A stretch of 64,000 nucleotides of DNA. It comes from Sulfolobales archaeon. GTDB lineage: Archaea > Thermoproteota > Thermoprotei_A > Sulfolobales > NBVN01. Location of the stretch: assembly GCA_025058345.1 (NCBI GenBank), contig JANXEN010000003.1, positions 119,578 to 183,577 of the forward strand. Reading direction: 5' to 3'. The translations under genes and the position numbers were made by a program. Positions within the stretch are counted from its first letter, which is position 1, and the number at the start of each line of letters is the position of its first letter. This document shows, piece by piece, positions 50,063 to 59,679 of this stretch. The notes beneath the pieces are model-generated. The model was given only the letters and a program-made list of their open reading frames with translations. It did no database searches and was not told the DNA's origin.

Positions 50063-50077
50063 AAGGATAATCAGGAG

Positions 50078-51091
50078 ATGGGTTTGAGGCTAATAGATTC
50101 TTATGTCTACATTGAGAAGCTCCGCAATCTGATTTACCAGCTTCTAGAGATTAGAGATGAAATGGTTAGTGAAGGTGTGGAAAGGCATTCAATTAAAGTT
50201 GGTATACCCATAGTTAAGCTTGGTTTTATTTCGATGTTTAAGGGCGGTGTGATTATGGATGTTACTAATGAAGTTCAGGCAGGTATTGCTGAAGATGCTG
50301 GTGCTGTTGGAGTCATGGTTTTAGATAAGTTACCGTATGATGTTAGGATGGCTGGCGGAGTGGCTAGAACGGCTGATTTAAACGTAATCGAAAGAGTCAT
50401 GAACTCCATCACTATTCCAGTTTCCGCTAAATGTAGGATTGGGCATGAGTGGGAGGCTAAATTATTAGAGGAGGTAGGAGTTGATTTGATAGACGAGAGT
50501 GAAGTACTAACTCCAGTTGACGAGAAAAGTCACATTAACAAGTGGAATTTTAGGGTACCGTTCGTTAACGGCGCTAAGAGCCTGCCTGAAGCGCTTAGGA
50601 GAATATATGAGGGTGCATCAATGATACGGACTAAGGGGGAGCCCGGTACCGGTAATGTTGCGGAGGCGGTTAAGCACTTTAAGCTAGTTACTAGGGATAT
50701 ATCAATGCTTCGCGGTTATTACGCTTCTAAGGATTTTGAAGCGATATGGATTTACTGTAAAGAGAATAATGTACCTTACGAATTAGCTTTATTGACCGCA
50801 AAGTTAGGTAGGCTACCAGTAGTGAATTTCGCAGCCGGTGGAATAGCTACACCTGCTGATGCTGCTTTGATGATGTGGTTAGGTTCTGATGGTGTTTTCG
50901 TGGGGTCTGGCATATTTAAGAGTGGGGATGCGGAGGTTAGGGCTAAGGCAATAGTACTAGCTACATCCTACTATGATGACCCTGAGACTGTTGCGGAAGC
51001 TCAGAAAATGGTTTCTGAAAACGTATCTATGGTCGGGATCGATATTAGGAGGATTAAGCCAGAGGAGTTAATGCAGTCGAGAGGTGTTTAA
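50078..51091 (+). CDS. pdxS: pyridoxal 5'-phosphate synthase lyase subunit
   Basis: [42 protein letters not shown]. Confidence 0.95.
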   Translation: MGLRLIDSYVYIEKLRNLIYQLLEIRDEMVSEGVERHSIKVGIPIVKLGFISMFKGGVIMDVTNEVQAGIAEDAGAVGVMVLDKLPYDVRMAGGVARTADLNVIERVMNSITIPVSAKCRIGHEWEAKLLEEVGVDLIDESEVLTPVDEKSHINKWNFRVPFVNGAKSLPEALRRIYEGASMIRTKGEPGTGNVAEAVKHFKLVTRDISMLRGYYASKDFEAIWIYCKENNVPYELALLTAKLGRLPVVNFAAGGIATPADAALMMWLGSDGVFVGSGIFKSGDAEVRAKAIVLATSYYDDPETVAEAQKMVSENVSMVGIDIRRIKPEELMQSRGV

Positions 51092-51093
51092 TT

Positions 51094-51690
51094 ATGGTAT
51101 CTGTGGGAGTTCTCGCTTTACAGGGAGATTTCTTAGAACATATTCAACTACTTAATAGTATTCCTGGAGTAGGTAGCTTTGCGGTTAAGTTCAAGAACGA
51201 CTTAGATAAATTAGATGCTTTAATAATCCCGGGAGGTGAGTCGACGACTATAGGAAGGTTACTCACTATTAAAGGTTTGGATGTAGGGATTAGGGAATTC
51301 GTAAATTCTGGGAGGCCTGTAATGGGGGTATGTGCTGGTGCTATACTCCTAGCTAAAAACGTTGTGGATAGGTTCGTTGGTGAGACAGGGCAGTTTACTC
51401 TTAGGTTGATGAACATTAAAGTACTTAGGAACGCTTTCGGAAGGGAGAAGGATTCCTTTGAATCGGAAGTCTTTGTGGACATACTTGGAAATATGAAGGC
51501 AGTCTTCATTAGGGGACCTGCGATCGTTGAGGCATGGGGGGATGCGAAAATCATCGGATTTATCGATCACCCGCTCGGTAGGTTTGGGGCTGTAGCTATT
51601 GAAAGGAATTTAATTGCTGTAGCTTTTCATCCAGAACTCACTGGAGATATTCGGCTCTATAAATACCTAATTAGTGAGGCGAGAAGGTAG
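51094..51690 (+). CDS. pdxT: PLP synthase glutaminase subunit
   Basis: GVLALQG, PGGEST, GVCAG, FHPE motifs. Confidence 0.95.
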   Translation: MVSVGVLALQGDFLEHIQLLNSIPGVGSFAVKFKNDLDKLDALIIPGGESTTIGRLLTIKGLDVGIREFVNSGRPVMGVCAGAILLAKNVVDRFVGETGQFTLRLMNIKVLRNAFGREKDSFESEVFVDILGNMKAVFIRGPAIVEAWGDAKIIGFIDHPLGRFGAVAIERNLIAVAFHPELTGDIRLYKYLISEARR

Positions 51691-51718
51691 TAAAACCATA
51701 TGTGAGGACTTACAGGTC

Positions 51719-52837
51719 ATGAATACCTACTACCTGGAATGCATTTCATGCGGATCAATATTCAATGGAGTGGTTTTTAAATGCCCTAGATGTGGTGGCT
51801 TACCAGTATTTAGGTACTTGACTAGGAAGTTCGAAATATGTGTTAAGAAACCTGGGATATGGAGGTATTCAAGTCATTTACCTCCTGTACGTGATGTAGT
51901 GTCTCGAGGTGAAGGATTAACGCCTATTAGTAAATTAGGTGGGGTCCTGGCTAAGAATGAGAAGTTTAACCCAACGGGGACTTACTCTGATAGGGCATCT
52001 TCAGTTATCGCTAGTTACTTCCTTACTAACAGAGTTTCCAGGGTTGCAACTTACTTCGAGGAAGACTTCACACATTCATTAGCTTATTACTTAAGCGGTA
52101 TTTCAGAGCTTGAAGTTTTAGTTAGGGAGGTCTTATCTCTAAACGTGGCTGAATTAGGAGCAATCCTCAATATGGGAGGTTCATTAACTACTGTACCTAA
52201 TGAAAACATCACTAAATACCTGGATTATGTGAATCCCCTTACTGTTGAGGGCTTAAAAACGATCGCTTTTGAAATAGTTGAGAAGAAGATTAAGGTTGAG
52301 AGGATTGTAGTACCTGTAAGGAGCGGGGTTTTAGCCTACTCCGTATATAAGGGTGTGAGGGAACTGGTCGATGCCGGAGTAGGAATACCATATGAAGTAG
52401 TTGCTGCTATGGTGAAGGGAGAGAGTGTTCCATATATTACGAAGTTAATTAAAGGAATTAAATTTATTGAAGTGGGTGAGGAAGATGTACTTGAATCTAT
52501 TGTTAAGTTAGATAGAAAGGGTATTAAAACTAAGCCCATATCAGCTTTAGCTTATGCTGTTGCTGAAAACCTAGGTAAGGCCGTAGTGGTGATGACGATG
52601 GGATTTAAAACAACATCTTACTACGGTCAACGGAACGCAAACGTGCGGGGTGAGGTGTATAGGATTGTTAAGGAAGCTGGTGAAGTCACAGCCTACGGTG
52701 TATGGAAGAAAGCTCCAGTATATACGCTTAGAGGTATTTATAAGTTGCTTCACTCGATGGAGAGGCGAGGGGAGGTATGTAGTGAGGTAATGTATGAGGG
52801 TAGCCGTAAAGTCAAGTACTACAGGTTATGTAAGTAG
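51719..52837 (+). CDS. threonine-synthase-like fold (PLP lysine missing) with N-terminal Zn ribbon and C-terminal winged HTH
   Basis: CISC..CPRC, GIWRY, GEGLTP, NPTGTYSDR (canonical form is SFKDR), EGLKTIAFEI, then a wHTH-like tail TAYGVWK..TLRGIYKLL..MERRG...KYYRL. Confidence 0.75.
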   Translation: MNTYYLECISCGSIFNGVVFKCPRCGGLPVFRYLTRKFEICVKKPGIWRYSSHLPPVRDVVSRGEGLTPISKLGGVLAKNEKFNPTGTYSDRASSVIASYFLTNRVSRVATYFEEDFTHSLAYYLSGISELEVLVREVLSLNVAELGAILNMGGSLTTVPNENITKYLDYVNPLTVEGLKTIAFEIVEKKIKVERIVVPVRSGVLAYSVYKGVRELVDAGVGIPYEVVAAMVKGESVPYITKLIKGIKFIEVGEEDVLESIVKLDRKGIKTKPISALAYAVAENLGKAVVVMTMGFKTTSYYGQRNANVRGEVYRIVKEAGEVTAYGVWKKAPVYTLRGIYKLLHSMERRGEVCSEVMYEGSRKVKYYRLCK

Positions 52838-52860
52838 TGCTTACGATATGCCCAATTATC

Positions 52861-53613
52861 TTATAGATGGTTCACGTAGCAATTCTGCTTAAACCTTAAA
52901 GCATCTTGAGCCATATACACATTGTTAAACATAACGTATATTTCACTGCACTCCCTTGTAAGCTTCTCTACAACCGTACATAATTTCTTCAAATCATTGT
53001 CGTTGTATTTATATCTATAGTTTACCTCACCTCCTAGACCATGAAGCCTAAAGTAGCTTACATCTTTATGGGGTGATGGCTTTTGTTTTAAGGGGTCCAC
53101 CACATGAACTAAATTTCTAAACTTCCCAACTAATTCAGTGATTTTTTCTTGATTCTCTAGCCAGGTTCCTCTAGGTTCCCATCCAATTATAAAGTTAGAT
53201 GAACTTACTGCTGAGAAGAAATTGAAGGCGTTTCTATAGTTATCTTCATTGTAGCTGAAGGAGGGAGGGGTTTGGACTATAATTGCTTTAGCATTTAACG
53301 TTTTAGCGGCTTCTATAGTTAACTCCCACGATTCAAAAACTTCTTTAGTTGGTCTGAGGAAGCCGTATCGGTCTCTCAGCGATGTGTTTGGAATAAACCG
53401 TGACTTTCTCCAAGTTGGGGAGTCAAGCGGATGTGTAACTGCTTGCCAGCACTTCATCGTGAATACGAAGTTGGCAGGTGCCTCAGATTTCAAACCCCTT
53501 AATCTCTCAGGATTTGGTAGGTCGTAGAAAGTTTCTTGCAGTTCGACTACGTTAAATGTATTGTAGTATCTTCTTCTGGAAATGCTAAAACCGCAGCAAC
53601 CGACGTAGATCAA
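52861..53613 (-). CDS. DUF72 family TIM-barrel protein
   Basis: YVGCCGF, VELQETFY, QTPPSF, WEPRG, YFRLHG, MFNN. Confidence 0.88.
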   Translation of the reverse strand: MIYVGCCGFSISRRRYYNTFNVVELQETFYDLPNPERLRGLKSEAPANFVFTMKCWQAVTHPLDSPTWRKSRFIPNTSLRDRYGFLRPTKEVFESWELTIEAAKTLNAKAIIVQTPPSFSYNEDNYRNAFNFFSAVSSSNFIIGWEPRGTWLENQEKITELVGKFRNLVHVVDPLKQKPSPHKDVSYFRLHGLGGEVNYRYKYNDNDLKKLCTVVEKLTRECSEIYVMFNNVYMAQDALRFKQNCYVNHL

Positions 53614-53680
53614 TTAATACCCTTATAACTATTTTCTTAAGCTTTTTTAACTTAATTTAAGATTATATGGGTGTCGGGAT

Positions 53681-54628
53681 ATGTTGGTTGATAATTTAAT
53701 TTCCTTAATAGGTAGAACACCCATTGTTAAATTAAGTAGGTTATCCCCTAAAGGTGTTAACATTTTTGTAAAGCTCGAGTACTTGAACCCAACAGGCAGC
53801 CATAAGGATAGAATCGCGCTGTACATGGTGAGGGATGCGATTAATAAAGGACTCTTAAGTCCTGGAGGTAAATTAGTTGAAGCCTCAAGCGGTAACACAG
53901 CAATTTCAGTTGCCTGGATCTCCAGCTTATTGGGTTTTAAGCCTATTTTAGTTGTTAATGAGAACGTATCTCCGAACAAAATAAACGCTATTAAGGCACT
54001 AGGCGGTGAGGTAGTTTTAACCCCTTACGTTCCAGCTGAACATCCTCAGAGTAAGTACAGCGTCGCACGAAGGATTTCTGAGGAATTAGGTATTCCCTAC
54101 CTAAATCAGATGGGTAATGAGGCTAACGTTAAAGCACATTATGAAACAACCGGCCCTGAAATTTTCGAAGATCTGAAAGGTGAGATAGACTACTTCGTTA
54201 TGGGTGTGGGAACGTGTGGAACTTTGGCTGGTGTCGGTACCTATTTAAAGGATAGGTTAGGTAATAAGGTTAAAGTAATTGGAGTAGCTCCTAAAGGCTC
54301 TAGGGTAGTACATAAGGGAGGCGGTGAGGGTGCTGACTACATTGAGGGTTTAGTAAGTGAGTATATTCCAGAAATTTTTTCAAGATATGTTAACGTAATT
54401 GACTCCATTGTTGAGGTCAGTTACAACGACGCTGTTGAAACCTTAGCCAGGATCGTTAAGTACGAAGGAATTTTGGGTGGGCCTTCAACGGGCGCTAATC
54501 TATGTGCTTCTATTAGGGTTGGGGAGGAATTAAGTCTTCAGGGAGTAAAAGCGAATATCGTAACAATAGCTGCAGACAGTATATTTAAGTATCCTCAACT
54601 TATCGACCATATAGTAAAATACTCTTAA
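53681..54628 (+). CDS. cysK: cysteine synthase / cystathionine beta-synthase family PLP enzyme
   Basis: NPTGSHKDR, EASSGNTA, HYETTGPE, GVGTCGT motifs. Confidence 0.85.
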   Translation: MLVDNLISLIGRTPIVKLSRLSPKGVNIFVKLEYLNPTGSHKDRIALYMVRDAINKGLLSPGGKLVEASSGNTAISVAWISSLLGFKPILVVNENVSPNKINAIKALGGEVVLTPYVPAEHPQSKYSVARRISEELGIPYLNQMGNEANVKAHYETTGPEIFEDLKGEIDYFVMGVGTCGTLAGVGTYLKDRLGNKVKVIGVAPKGSRVVHKGGGEGADYIEGLVSEYIPEIFSRYVNVIDSIVEVSYNDAVETLARIVKYEGILGGPSTGANLCASIRVGEELSLQGVKANIVTIAADSIFKYPQLIDHIVKYS

Positions 54629-54702
54629 GCGCATTACTTTTATTTAGAGATAAATAGCTAATTTTTAATATTCATTTTCCAGGATTATAGAGGTGATGAT
54701 CG

Positions 54703-56454
54703 TTGGAAGGTGGTAACGGAGCTGATGGCCTCATCCATCCATCTAGGTACGATGCAAATAGGAAAGTTATTTCAATAGGGGATAGGGAGGTGCATGTTGG
54801 TTCGAACCCACCGAAGGTTCTACCACAAGAGAGTTTGTTAAGATATACTCAAAGCATATGTCCATACTGTTACGCATTACTTCCAGCCGTTTTAGTTGAG
54901 AGGGACAGTAAGGTATACATAAAGAAAGTATGTCCTGAACATGGGGAGATCGAGGAGCTTTATTCAGGGGATGCTGAGTTTTTTAAGAAGTTAGAGAGTT
55001 GGTACGTTGAGGGAAGGGGTCCTAGACACGTATATACGGATTTAAGTGCACCATGTCCATACAGTTGTGGTTTATGTTCAATACATAAGAGCCATACTGC
55101 TTTAGCTAACATGGTGTTAACTAATAGGTGCGATTTGGATTGCTGGTATTGCTTCTTCTATGCTGAGAAGGTTGGCTTTGTATACGAACCTACTCTGAAG
55201 CAGATTGAGTTTATGGTTAAGAACTTGCTTAAGCAGGGAGTTACTGCAGCAATACAACTGACTGGTGGTGAGCCATTAATTAGGGACGACATCGTTGAAA
55301 TTATTAGGTTGCTTAAGTCTTTGGGTGTTAAGCACGTACAGCTCAACACTAATGGAATTAAGTTTGCAAGGTTGTACATGGAGGACCCCTCTAAGGCTAT
55401 AGAATTCGCTAAGAGCATTAGAAGTGCTGGAGTAAATACCATATATTTAAGTTTTGATGGAGTTACTCCGAAAACTAACCCTAAGAACCATTGGGAAGTA
55501 CCCTACATATTTGAAGTATTTAGGAAGTCAGGAATTACTAGCGTTGTATTAGTTCCCGTAATAATAAAGAATGTTAATGATGGTGAATTAGGTGAGATAA
55601 TAAAGTTCGCAGCACTGAATATGGATGTGGTTAGAGCTGTTAATTTCCAACCTGTAAGCCTCACAGGTATGATTAAGAGAGCTGAAAGGGAGAGAATGAG
55701 AATTACGGTAGCTGATGCTGTTAAAAAAATTGAGGAGTTAACTAAAGGCTCTATAAGTCGGGAGGATTGGTTCACAGTACCTTCAACGGTGCCTATTTCA
55801 GAATTCGCAGAAGTTTTAGAGGGGAGATTTAAATTTGAGATGAGTAACCATCCACAATGCGGTGTCGGTACCTACGTTTATGTGAGAAAGGAAGGTGATG
55901 ACGTTACTTACACACCGATTACGCGAATGATTGACGTGCCTGGATTCCTGGAGTACCTACGTGATAAAGCAGGTGAGTCAGCTGGCAAAGGTAAACTTAT
56001 TTTAGGTTCTAAAGTATTGCTAAATCTCATAGGTAAGTTCATTAAGTGGGGTGAAATACCTTCAGAGATTAAGACCGCATTACCTAAGATGCTTTACGAC
56101 ATATTCACTAAGAGGGATTACCACGCCTTAGGTGTTTGGCACTATAAGTTCTTGTTTATCGGTATGATGCACTTTATGGATCTTTACAACTACGACGTTC
56201 AAAGAGTCATGAGGTGTAACATTCATTACTTAATGCCGGACGGTAGGTTAATACCTTTCTGCACCTTCAACGTTTTAAACGATGTTTATAGAGATTACGT
56301 GCAAAAGAAGTACATGTCAACGATCGAGGATTGGGTTAGGGAGTCTGGGAAGGAATTAAGTGTTGAAAAGTATAGAAGGAATTTAAGCGTTATTGAGAAG
56401 TTGGAAAGCAGTGAGTTATATAAAGTAACTTACGGGCCTTTTATAAATAAGTGA
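54703..56454 (+). CDS. tes: tetraether lipid synthase (GDGT macrocyclising radical SAM enzyme)
   Basis: N-terminal CPYC...CPEHG, CPYSCGLCSIH, radical SAM CDLDCWYC, VNFQPVS, and MHFMD..YDVQRVMRC.IHY..PDGR.IPFC as in the MJ0619 family. Confidence 0.88.
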   Translation: MEGGNGADGLIHPSRYDANRKVISIGDREVHVGSNPPKVLPQESLLRYTQSICPYCYALLPAVLVERDSKVYIKKVCPEHGEIEELYSGDAEFFKKLESWYVEGRGPRHVYTDLSAPCPYSCGLCSIHKSHTALANMVLTNRCDLDCWYCFFYAEKVGFVYEPTLKQIEFMVKNLLKQGVTAAIQLTGGEPLIRDDIVEIIRLLKSLGVKHVQLNTNGIKFARLYMEDPSKAIEFAKSIRSAGVNTIYLSFDGVTPKTNPKNHWEVPYIFEVFRKSGITSVVLVPVIIKNVNDGELGEIIKFAALNMDVVRAVNFQPVSLTGMIKRAERERMRITVADAVKKIEELTKGSISREDWFTVPSTVPISEFAEVLEGRFKFEMSNHPQCGVGTYVYVRKEGDDVTYTPITRMIDVPGFLEYLRDKAGESAGKGKLILGSKVLLNLIGKFIKWGEIPSEIKTALPKMLYDIFTKRDYHALGVWHYKFLFIGMMHFMDLYNYDVQRVMRCNIHYLMPDGRLIPFCTFNVLNDVYRDYVQKKYMSTIEDWVRESGKELSVEKYRRNLSVIEKLESSELYKVTYGPFINK

Positions 56455-56457
56455 TTT

Positions 56458-57801
56458 TCACATTAACGAATCATGATAGTTCTTAAGGATTTTATTTAGG
56501 TCGTGTAACCATTTATTTAGGCCTTCGGGTGTGGATGGATATTTTAAGTAGTGTTCCTTGATTAGGTCCATATACTTCACTACTGTCCTTAATTTAAGGA
56601 GGAGTGACGGCCTCGAGAGTAGTGAAGATAGTTTTAATATCTTATCAACTAGACCCACCTCAAACTTACCTCTCAGAGATATTTCATTTAATTCGTTACC
56701 GTTAACTAACTTCTTACTTATACTGAATTCTAAGTCATCGTTGCTTAATTTCTGGAGGAAATACCTAAAAATGTCTAAAGACCCTTGCTTCCCTCCGTAC
56801 TTTATCATGTAGCAAGTATTCGCTTCCCATAGATCTTTAGCTGAAGTACTACCTACCTCTAATGCATTCTTTATTGCTTCTGAAACGCATTTGGCTGATA
56901 TCATAGAAGACCCCTTACCACCCCCGTGGACCGGGTTAACTACATAAGCAGCATCACCTATGACTGCGATACCATTCCAAACTAGTGAGGGGATAGGTCT
57001 CCTAGTAGGTACTAAAGCACCCCCGGATTCAACTACCTTACTACCTTTAAACTCAGGGCGTGAGAAAACATGCTTGTACAGAAGTTCCTTAGGATGGAGT
57101 CCTCTCAAATCACCTCTAATTCCTAAACCAATGTTCACCGTCCTCTCCATTTTGCTATATGGGAAGTACCACCAATATCCTCCAGGAGCAACGTCGTTGT
57201 TGATGTATATTCGAAGGACCTCAGGGTTATCTATATGATTTTCTAAAACCCTAATCTCTCTATATGCAATGTTAGCATCACCTAAAACTAATTCCTCATT
57301 CACTGGCCATGACTTCGGTAGAAATCTAACTACAGCTCTAGCATTGCCTGAGGCATCAATCACGACTTTAGAAAATATCTCCTTAGCACCGCCGGACCAA
57401 ATTTTAACGCCGACCACATGATCGTCTTTGATTATTGGCTCCCTAAAATGCGTCCCTCCTAGAAATTCGACACCTCTTGAAATGGCGTCAGAGAGCAACC
57501 TCTGCGTGTATTTAATCCGATGAATCTCGAAACCCTCACCTGAAACAAATACTTCATGCTGCTCACTAGGAGAGTAGATAGATATACCTTTAACTATCCC
57601 TTCTAATTCATCCCCCTTAGGATAAGGCATACTTAACTCGTCGAAGTGGTGCTTCCCTACAGCATCACCACAAGGTTTGCTACCAACAAAATCCCAAGGT
57701 TTTAGATCGGCGATTAATGTCTTAACACCTAACCTACCTAAGAAATACGCAATTGAAGCTCCAGCGAAACCGGCACCAACTACTACTACGTCATAACTCA
57801 T
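56458..57801 (-). CDS. digeranylgeranylglycerophospholipid (geranylgeranyl) reductase
   Basis: VGAGFAG, KPCGDA, PGGYWWYFP, GDAA..VNPVHGGG; likely start ATG at 57801 behind GGA. Confidence 0.9.
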   Translation of the reverse strand: MSYDVVVVGAGFAGASIAYFLGRLGVKTLIADLKPWDFVGSKPCGDAVGKHHFDELSMPYPKGDELEGIVKGISIYSPSEQHEVFVSGEGFEIHRIKYTQRLLSDAISRGVEFLGGTHFREPIIKDDHVVGVKIWSGGAKEIFSKVVIDASGNARAVVRFLPKSWPVNEELVLGDANIAYREIRVLENHIDNPEVLRIYINNDVAPGGYWWYFPYSKMERTVNIGLGIRGDLRGLHPKELLYKHVFSRPEFKGSKVVESGGALVPTRRPIPSLVWNGIAVIGDAAYVVNPVHGGGKGSSMISAKCVSEAIKNALEVGSTSAKDLWEANTCYMIKYGGKQGSLDIFRYFLQKLSNDDLEFSISKKLVNGNELNEISLRGKFEVGLVDKILKLSSLLSRPSLLLKLRTVVKYMDLIKEHYLKYPSTPEGLNKWLHDLNKILKNYHDSLM

Positions 57802-57873
57802 AGGAGGTCCGAAAGATATCATACAATTTTAATCTTTTATGTCTTTCCAGAGACGTAAAGAAGGGTTTAAGGT

Positions 57874-59535
57874 TTAATGTGAGTCATAGATAAGGTTTAT
57901 CGCTGAATCAACATATCTTATTATGTCTTTAACCATAAAGGATTGGGTATTGGTGAGCCTTCCTCTCAGGTTTATAAGAATATTTAAGGCCTTATTTAAG
58001 GTGTTTATTGCGTCATTTAAGTTGCCTGAGTTAACATCATCTAGGCTTTCATTGAGAAGTAGTGAGACGTTGTTAATTAATTCCATTGTAAATAAGTTTC
58101 CCCTATATAGCTTTAAATCGTTTAATATTACTATACTCGTCCTTATGAGTTTCTTAACCTGACTTACCTTTTCATCTCTTATAGTCTTAGATATTTCGTT
58201 GAGTCTGCCTATATTTTCCAAAACGTTGTTGAAGGAACCCTCAACTCTATCTATTAAGGGAGTCACTTCCTCAGAAATTTGAGTATAAGCACGTATCAAT
58301 TCTCTAAAATCTCTACCTGTATGTTTCCCTTCCTTAGCCATTACTTCAAATCTACTTAAAACTTCGCTGAGGTTTCCAGCGCCAATTATTGCATACTTAG
58401 TTAATTCATCACTTAAATATGTGAGTTGGGAATTTATCTTCAGAACTTGATTTAATCTCTCTCTAACCGTAGGTGGTAATTTACCGTTATCACCTAGCCA
58501 TCTAGCCACTCGAATAGATGTTTCATTTATCTCTAAAACTCTGCTGTAGATGGAGTCCAAAACCCTAGGTATGTACTTAACGGTTGTATTGAATTCAGCT
58601 ATCTTTAAATTTAATACCTCCACATCTCTCTTAATTTGTGATGCAACCCTCACGTACTCAATTCCGCTTAAATTCCGTAATCCCTCAAGTCGCGTATTTA
58701 CCTCATTTACGTCTTTAATTAAGTCTTCATATCGTTTGGTAATCAAATGCGATAAGTTAGGATTACTAAATTTACTTAATGAATTTAAGTCTTTTCTTAA
58801 CTCAATAACGTTTTTATCTAAGACCTTTAAGCGGTCATTCAACCTTATAATAAACCGTTCCTTAGACCTATCGAGCTGTATTTTAGTTAACTCGGTATCT
58901 AATGTCGCGATTATTTCTTTAACGGTGTTTAGTTCTGTTAGGAAGTAAGTGTTGTTGAATGTACTTGAGTCATGCTGTTTGCCTTCTAGATATTGGTTAA
59001 GGGATTTAAGTTTGTCTAACGCGTTATCGGCTAAGGCGATGTAGTATTTAATCTTTGAATCAGCCACGGTTGTTGTTCCATTAAGAATTAATAATTTAGC
59101 CATAATGTTTCTTAGCGTATCGTTTAACGCATGTAGCTCTCGGCTTTTGGCCAAAAGATCCTTCATACTTACGAGTTGAGTACCTATGGTAGGTTCATTG
59201 GTGGTGACAAATAGTGCGTACTGTATAAGATTCATAGCATTTTCAAAAAGTCTCTTTGCCTGCTCCTTATCACTACGCTCTACTTGGGATATCTCATTGG
59301 AGATTTTAGTGACGTTCTCTAAGACACTCCACACGTAATGTGTGCTAGGTACTTTCAACTTAGTAAGTACGTCCTTTACCATTTGTACGTTATAGTTTAG
59401 TACTTCAGAATAAGTGGTGTTTATATTTCCAGCTTCTGCGTGTAATTCAACTAAGCTAATTGACGGGAATTTCATAAAGCTCGCTATAAATAAACCTAAT
59501 AAAGCAACGACGACTAATTGCGTCGTTTTACTCAT
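57874..59535 (-). CDS. hypothetical secreted or membrane-anchored helical (coiled-coil) protein
   Basis: N-terminal hydrophobic segment, then about 500 aa of heptad-like L/I/N/K/E-rich sequence with many N-x-S/T sequons. Confidence 0.7.
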   Translation of the reverse strand: MSKTTQLVVVALLGLFIASFMKFPSISLVELHAEAGNINTTYSEVLNYNVQMVKDVLTKLKVPSTHYVWSVLENVTKISNEISQVERSDKEQAKRLFENAMNLIQYALFVTTNEPTIGTQLVSMKDLLAKSRELHALNDTLRNIMAKLLILNGTTTVADSKIKYYIALADNALDKLKSLNQYLEGKQHDSSTFNNTYFLTELNTVKEIIATLDTELTKIQLDRSKERFIIRLNDRLKVLDKNVIELRKDLNSLSKFSNPNLSHLITKRYEDLIKDVNEVNTRLEGLRNLSGIEYVRVASQIKRDVEVLNLKIAEFNTTVKYIPRVLDSIYSRVLEINETSIRVARWLGDNGKLPPTVRERLNQVLKINSQLTYLSDELTKYAIIGAGNLSEVLSRFEVMAKEGKHTGRDFRELIRAYTQISEEVTPLIDRVEGSFNNVLENIGRLNEISKTIRDEKVSQVKKLIRTSIVILNDLKLYRGNLFTMELINNVSLLLNESLDDVNSGNLNDAINTLNKALNILINLRGRLTNTQSFMVKDIIRYVDSAINLIYDSH

Positions 59536-59679
59536 TAGCCCTACCCAATAAGTTATTTCCTCAAGTTCTAAATTAAGTACTTCGTTCTTCGGGTTTAGAA
59601 CTCTGAAGGAACTACTTTAACTGACTGGTAGATAAATTTATATATCATGTGTGGTAAAAAATAGTGAGAGGTTCATTGT

